Source: an uncultured Spirochaetota bacterium
Lineage (GTDB): Bacteria; Spirochaetota; Spirochaetia; SZUA-6; Fen-1364
Direction of reading: 5' to 3'
Length of the DNA stretch: 64,000 nucleotides
Assembly: GCA_963734545.1 (NCBI GenBank)
Contig: CAVTHO010000004.1
Coordinates: 544,001 to 608,000, forward strand
The notes beneath the pieces are model-generated. The model saw only the letters and a program-made list of their open reading frames with translations. It ran no database searches and was not told where the DNA came from. A program made the translations under genes and the position numbers. Shown here in pieces: positions 59,042-64,000 of this stretch (position 1 is its first letter; every line of letters begins with the position of its first letter).

Positions 59042-59683
59042 ATGAGCTGCCCCCAGTGTATCGGCATTGAAGAGCTTTTCGACAGGAAACTTGCTGCGAA
59101 GGAGCTGAGGCGGTTCCAGCAGAAGGGCGCCCGCGCCACCACCAGGCTTCTTGTCGAAAAGGTCTCGGCGGAAGGAGTGGAGGACCTCACGCTCCTGGAC
59201 ATCGGGGGCGGCGTCGGCGCCGTCCAGGTCGGACTCCTGTCAGCAGGCGCCCGTTCGGCGGTCGACATCGACGCCTCTTCGGCATACCTAGATGCGGCAC
59301 GGGAGGAGGCCGCGCGGCGCGGCTTCGACGGGCGCGTGACGTATCGCCACGGCGACTTCGTCGCGCTTGCCGACAAGGTCGAGGACGCGGATATCGTCAC
59401 CCTGGATCGTGTCATCTGCTGCTACGACGACGCGCGGGCGCTCGTCGAGCTGTCCGCAAGGAAAGCCAGGAGAATTCTCGCCTTTGTCTATCCTCGGGAC
59501 TCCTGGCTCACGAAGCTCATCAATTCATTTCTCAATCTGTTTCGCATCGCGCAGAGATCGGGATTCCGCACCTTTGTACATCCCCGCCCCGTTGTCGAGG
59601 CCGCCGTGCGCGCGGGCGGTCTCGAGCGCCGCGGCAGATACCCGCGCGGCTTCTGGGAGCTCGCCGTGTTCGTGCGGCCCTGA
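59042..59683 (+). CDS. class I SAM-dependent methyltransferase
   Basis: LLDIGGGVG, DIDAS, GDFV, LDRVICCY; upstream TTGACT-17 bp-TAGCTT. Confidence 0.85.
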   Translation: MSCPQCIGIEELFDRKLAAKELRRFQQKGARATTRLLVEKVSAEGVEDLTLLDIGGGVGAVQVGLLSAGARSAVDIDASSAYLDAAREEAARRGFDGRVTYRHGDFVALADKVEDADIVTLDRVICCYDDARALVELSARKARRILAFVYPRDSWLTKLINSFLNLFRIAQRSGFRTFVHPRPVVEAAVRAGGLERRGRYPRGFWELAVFVRP

Positions 59684-61993
59684 CTAGTGCGGCGGGGCCG
59701 GCGTGGCAGGCCCGAAGACGCCCATTCCCTTCTGTGATTCTCCATCCAGATAAACCTGCAGGAACAGTCCCTGCCTGACCGAGGGCACGTGCACGAGCTT
59801 GATCACTTCCGCAAGGTCCTTCAGCCCGGGATCGATTCGGGCAAGGGAGTTCTCCGAGCCGAGCAGCAGCTCCTCCTTCAGCATGTTCCCCGGTGTATCG
59901 GGGTACAGGGGCATGATGGCGATGTCCGCCTCGACGAGGTCCTGGAAGAAATGCGTGCCATAGGAGACCTCAGGAGTATAACCGTCCCGGGCAAAAGCGA
60001 TTTCTACGAGGAGCCGCGTGTTGTTGATGTCCGAGTAGGTGACCCTCACGCCGAGGTTGATGTCGTTGCTCCCCCACCTGCCGGGGCCGAGAAGCGCATA
60101 GCGCTTTCCTGCCAGGCGCTGATTGAGCTGGCCCACGGCCCACCCCACCCTGTGCTTCTTCTCTACGCTGTCCAGCCGGTCGTATGCGCGGGGATCCACG
60201 TACACGATGAACTCGATATCGGGGATCGAGACGCTGGAAAGACCCGAGTGCGTGACAAAGAGTTTTTCCGTCTCCGGCACGCCGGCCGGAATCACGACCC
60301 GATCCACTTCCCTTCGCAGGGAGAGGGACCTGCACTGAAGGATGTACAGCTTCCCGTCGTCCCAGGCGAACTCCATGTCGACGGGCCTTCCGTAGGCTGC
60401 CTGGACAGTGGCGAGGAGCTTCTTTGCAAGCGGGACGAATGGCGACTTGGAAAGGAAGTTTTCGAATGTCAGGCAGAGCGAAGAGGCCGGCAATTCCTGC
60501 GTCTTGAAAAGCGGCGCGCGCATCTCCCCGTTTGCGGCCAGGGAGACCGCCATGAAAAGATCCGGATGCGCGGTCTGCGTTGCCAGCGACCGGAAATCCA
60601 CGGTCTCGAAGGTCCCCTTCTTGAGATTTATGGCATCCACCATCTTCTGCGAATACTTGTAGATCTGCTCAGGCGTGACCTCGGGACGGAGCAGGGCATG
60701 GCTCAACGGAACCATGCGGGGATAATCGCCCCCCACCCTGTCCACGGCGCGCGTGCCCAGCCCGAACACGAGCCGCACCAGGCCGTCCGCTTTCCTGATC
60801 TTCGGGTTCCATGCCCACGTATTCGATGAATACATCACGCCGGCTGCCAGGGGGAAGAGCCAGTCCCCGAACCTGCGTCCCACCACCTTCTGCACGATCA
60901 TGGCCATGCGCTCGTTGTAGTCGAGGAGGCTGTGATCCCTGCGGTAGATGATGGGATCGGGTCCGTACATGCTGGCAAGGACGGTCTTCACGCCGCGCAG
61001 GAAGGCGGCCAGCCGCGCATCCTCGTCTCCGAGATTGGCGAGGAAGATCGACTGGTACTTGCCCGAGAACGCGAGGCCGAAGCTGTCCTCGAGGTAGCTG
61101 GAGGAACGCACGATGATGGGGTGCTCGCCGATCTGGCGGATGAGGAGCCTGAACTCCTCCAGGACGTCGGCGGGGAATGATGCCTTCTCGAACATGCCGC
61201 CGACGCGCTTGAACTCCTCGTCAATCGCCTCCCTGTCGCGGTACTTGTGCGTATGGAAGCCGTAGAAATGGTTCCGGTCGATGAAATCGGAGAATACACC
61301 GGAGCTGATGTACCAGGTTTCAGGAACCGCGATGTATTTCTCGAAATCCGGATCCCGCTCCGTCAGGATGGGCAGGAGGATCTTCTGAGCCACGATCATG
61401 CCGGCGGCCTTGCCCCCGAGCTTGCCCGGATAGGCCACGTGACCGATCGTGTGGCCCAGCACCGTGTCGATATCCCGGATGGTGACGTGGTTCTTGGCAA
61501 TGCCGATGAAGGGGAGCTGGCTGGACATGTAGCGGGAGAGCAGCGAAACCCGGATGCCTTCCGCCTCCTCGCGTGATATGTACAGCTCCCCCTTCGGTAT
61601 GTCGCAGAACTCCCGCAAGGCGCGCCAGATCGTCTCCGCAGGGGCGCTGTCACTCGCCACCACCCGACCCAGCTCCTGGCACTTGTCCCTCTTGCGGACG
61701 AGATTGACCCAGTTCTCCGCCTCTTCGGGGCTTACCGTGTTGGCGAAGAGAAGGTCGATGAGTGCATCGGCGTACTCCGCGCGATTGAGCTCGGTGTCCT
61801 CGACACCGTCCGCCTGCATCTGCTCTCCCGCCATCGCGGCAAGGCCTTCCCGGGTGATGACGCCGCGATCTGCCAGCACGTCCAGAAAAGTGCTGCGCAT
61901 CTGGGGCAGAAGCTCGGGATAGCGCGCGATGGTGCGAAAGAGACGATAGCCCTTGACGGGGCTGAGAGTGGCCGGACCCCCGCGCGCGCTCAC
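59684..61993 (-). CDS. PEP/pyruvate-binding (PPDK_N/PEP-synthase N-terminal ATP-grasp) domain protein
   Basis: GGKAAG, IIVRSSSYLED..FSGKYQS, MAMIVQKVVG, PVDMEFA..LQCR, GPGRWGS, SYGTHFFQDL. Confidence 0.85.
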   Translation of the reverse strand: MSARGGPATLSPVKGYRLFRTIARYPELLPQMRSTFLDVLADRGVITREGLAAMAGEQMQADGVEDTELNRAEYADALIDLLFANTVSPEEAENWVNLVRKRDKCQELGRVVASDSAPAETIWRALREFCDIPKGELYISREEAEGIRVSLLSRYMSSQLPFIGIAKNHVTIRDIDTVLGHTIGHVAYPGKLGGKAAGMIVAQKILLPILTERDPDFEKYIAVPETWYISSGVFSDFIDRNHFYGFHTHKYRDREAIDEEFKRVGGMFEKASFPADVLEEFRLLIRQIGEHPIIVRSSSYLEDSFGLAFSGKYQSIFLANLGDEDARLAAFLRGVKTVLASMYGPDPIIYRRDHSLLDYNERMAMIVQKVVGRRFGDWLFPLAAGVMYSSNTWAWNPKIRKADGLVRLVFGLGTRAVDRVGGDYPRMVPLSHALLRPEVTPEQIYKYSQKMVDAINLKKGTFETVDFRSLATQTAHPDLFMAVSLAANGEMRAPLFKTQELPASSLCLTFENFLSKSPFVPLAKKLLATVQAAYGRPVDMEFAWDDGKLYILQCRSLSLRREVDRVVIPAGVPETEKLFVTHSGLSSVSIPDIEFIVYVDPRAYDRLDSVEKKHRVGWAVGQLNQRLAGKRYALLGPGRWGSNDINLGVRVTYSDINNTRLLVEIAFARDGYTPEVSYGTHFFQDLVEADIAIMPLYPDTPGNMLKEELLLGSENSLARIDPGLKDLAEVIKLVHVPSVRQGLFLQVYLDGESQKGMGVFGPATPAPPH

Positions 61994-63237
61994 ACCCAGC
62001 CGCGAAGCTTGCAGGCTTCCGCTACTCTGCTCACGGATACGAGGTATGCGGCTTCCCGCATGTTGCTCTTGTGCCGTTCGTGCATTGCATACACGTCCTG
62101 GAAAGCCTTCGTCATCTTCTCATCCAGCCTGCTGTAGACCAGATCGAGATTCCAGTAGTAGTTATATGCGTTCTGCACCTGCTCGAAGTACGACACGGTC
62201 ACCCCGCCCGCGTTTGCCAGGAAGTCGGGAATGACGAACACGTCGTTCTTGAAGAGGATGACGTCCGCCTCCGGCGTCGTGGGGCCGTTGGCCAGCTCGC
62301 AGACGATCTTCGCCTTGATGCGATCCGCGTTCTTGTCCGTGATGGAGTTTTCGAGCGCTGCCGGGAACAGGACGGTGACGTCGAGCTCCAGCAGTTTCTC
62401 ATTGGTGATGCTTTCCGCGTCGGGAAAGTCCTTGAGGCTGCCGGTACGCCGCTTGTGGTCGGCGAGCGCCTTCGCGTTGATTCCGCGCGCATTGTGCACC
62501 CCGCCTTGAGAGTCCGAGGCGGCCACGAGCTTGAGTCCGAGGAGCTCCTCCCCGAGGGACGCCGCGTACTGGCCCGCGTTCCCGAAACCCTGGATGGCCA
62601 TGGTCTTGCCATTGAGATCCAGCCCGAGCTTCGCCGCCGCCTCGCGCGTCACGTAGATGCCGCCGCGCGCAGTGGCGTCGCCGCGGCCGGCGGAGCCGCC
62701 GAGGGCTATCGGCTTGCCGGTGATCACGCCGGGGCTGTGCGTGCCGATGATCGTCTCGTACTCGTCCATCATCCACGCCATTATGTCCGGCGTGGTATAC
62801 ACGTCGGGAGCCGGCACGTCGCCGGTTTCCGAGAGGAATCGTCCCACTGCCCGCACGTAGGCGCGCGCCAGCTTCTCTTTCTCCGTTGCGGAAAGCTCCT
62901 TGGGATTGCACGTCACACCGCCCTTTGCCCCCCCGAGGGGAAGGTCCACGACCGCCGTCTTCCAGGTCATCCAGGCGGAGAGCGCCCTCACCGTATCGAT
63001 GGTTTCATCCGGGTGCCAGCGAAGACCGCCTTTTGTGGGGCCGCGCGCGCCGTTGTAGTGGACACGATAGCCATGGAAGACCCTGACGGAGCCGTCGTCC
63101 AGGCGGACGGGGAACGATACCTGCAGCTCGCGCTGGGGCCAGCGGAGGAGTTGGTGGGTGGCTTCGTCCAGTCCAAGGGTCGCCGCCGCCGTGTCCAGCT
63201 GTTTCTGCGCAATCTTGAAGGGGTTCAGCTCAGCCAT
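61990..63237 (-). CDS. gdhA: glutamate dehydrogenase (Glu/Leu/Phe/Val dehydrogenase family)
   Basis: GPTKGGLR, MTWK, GGAKGG, DVPAPD, QGFGNAG, ANAGGVTVSYFE. Confidence 0.93.
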   Translation of the reverse strand: MAELNPFKIAQKQLDTAAATLGLDEATHQLLRWPQRELQVSFPVRLDDGSVRVFHGYRVHYNGARGPTKGGLRWHPDETIDTVRALSAWMTWKTAVVDLPLGGAKGGVTCNPKELSATEKEKLARAYVRAVGRFLSETGDVPAPDVYTTPDIMAWMMDEYETIIGTHSPGVITGKPIALGGSAGRGDATARGGIYVTREAAAKLGLDLNGKTMAIQGFGNAGQYAASLGEELLGLKLVAASDSQGGVHNARGINAKALADHKRRTGSLKDFPDAESITNEKLLELDVTVLFPAALENSITDKNADRIKAKIVCELANGPTTPEADVILFKNDVFVIPDFLANAGGVTVSYFEQVQNAYNYYWNLDLVYSRLDEKMTKAFQDVYAMHERHKSNMREAAYLVSVSRVAEACKLRGWV

Positions 63238-63306
63238 GCATGTTACTCCTTGTCTTCCTGCCTGGATACTATATGCGAGAGAATTCCCGGGCGCAAGTCA
63301 CGAGGA

Positions 63307-64000
63307 TCAGCCCGCCAGATCCCTTGCGCACTCCGCGGCGATGCGGCAGGCCAGGCGCACGTTATTGTGGAACAGCCTGATATTGGTCTCGAGAGACGCG
63401 CCGCCGGAGAGCTCGACGATCCGGGAAAGAAGGAACGGCGTCACTTCCTTGCCGCTGACCGCGCGGCGTTCCAGGTCTTTCAGGGCCTGACCGATCCACC
63501 CGTCCATCGTTGACCGGGGGATCTCCCACTCGACGGGAACCGGGTTCGCCACGAGGATGCCCTGGGGGAATCCCAATGAGCGCTGCACCTGCAGCATGCG
63601 CGCGATCTCCCCGGGGGAATCGGCCCTGAGGAACAGACCGAGGCCGCTGGACCGGGAATAGAATGCGGGAAACTCGGAGGTGCCGTATCCCACGACCGGC
63701 ACGCCAAGGGTTTCCAGCATCTCGAGTGTCTTCGGAAGATCGAGGATCGCCTTGGCGCCCGCCGAGACCACGCACACGGAGGTGGCGGCAAGCTCGCCCA
63801 GGTCCGCGGAGACGTCATACGTGTCAGAGGCTCCCCGATGCACACCGCCGATGCCGCCCGTGGCGAACACGTCGATACCGGCCTGCCGCGCGGCAATCAT
63901 GGTGGCGCACACGGTGGTGGCCGCGGTTTTCCGGGCAGCAAGGGCCCAGGAGAGATCGCGCCGGGACGCCTTCAGCACTCCCTTTTCCGTGCCCAGCCTC
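63307..64000 (-). CDS. psuG: pseudouridine-5'-phosphate glycosidase (5'-truncated by window edge)
   Basis: KASRRD, ATTVCATM, FATGGIGGVHRG, DVSADL, GAKAILD, GKEVTPFLL. Confidence 0.95.
   Translation of the reverse strand, partial: RLGTEKGVLKASRRDLSWALAARKTAATTVCATMIAARQAGIDVFATGGIGGVHRGASDTYDVSADLGELAATSVCVVSAGAKAILDLPKTLEMLETLGVPVVGYGTSEFPAFYSRSSGLGLFLRADSPGEIARMLQVQRSLGFPQGILVANPVPVEWEIPRSTMDGWIGQALKDLERRAVSGKEVTPFLLSRIVELSGGASLETNIRLFHNNVRLACRIAAECARDLAG

Overview
High-GC bacterial chromosomal window, probably from an anaerobe; a spirochaete-like origin is possible but cannot be shown from this sequence. The left two-thirds (about 1-43 kb) is unusually dense in ion-motive bioenergetics genes: a CBS/DHH soluble pyrophosphatase, a three-gene module (large FliM/FliG-like protein, motA, motB) bracketed by 25-bp inverted repeats, a 12-gene complex-I-like group 4 [NiFe]-hydrogenase operon with three antiporter-like subunits, a complete A/V-type ATPase operon ending in a PTS-EIIA gene and a 3' tRNA fragment, a membrane pyrophosphatase divergent from a second 9-gene group 4 hydrogenase operon, a KimA-like transporter and exbBD. 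The right third encodes reductive pyrimidine catabolism (preT, preA, hydA, two ureidopropionase types, aminotransferase, NCS1 permease, mmsA), an ArsB/NhaD transporter, a methyltransferase, gdhA with a PEP/pyruvate-binding-domain gene, and psuG. Two small dispersed palindromic repeat families are present. At least eight genes carry single-base frameshifts that look like long-read indel errors, so several calls in the ORF track are artefactual fusions or splits. All family assignments come from motif recognition by eye, not database searches.
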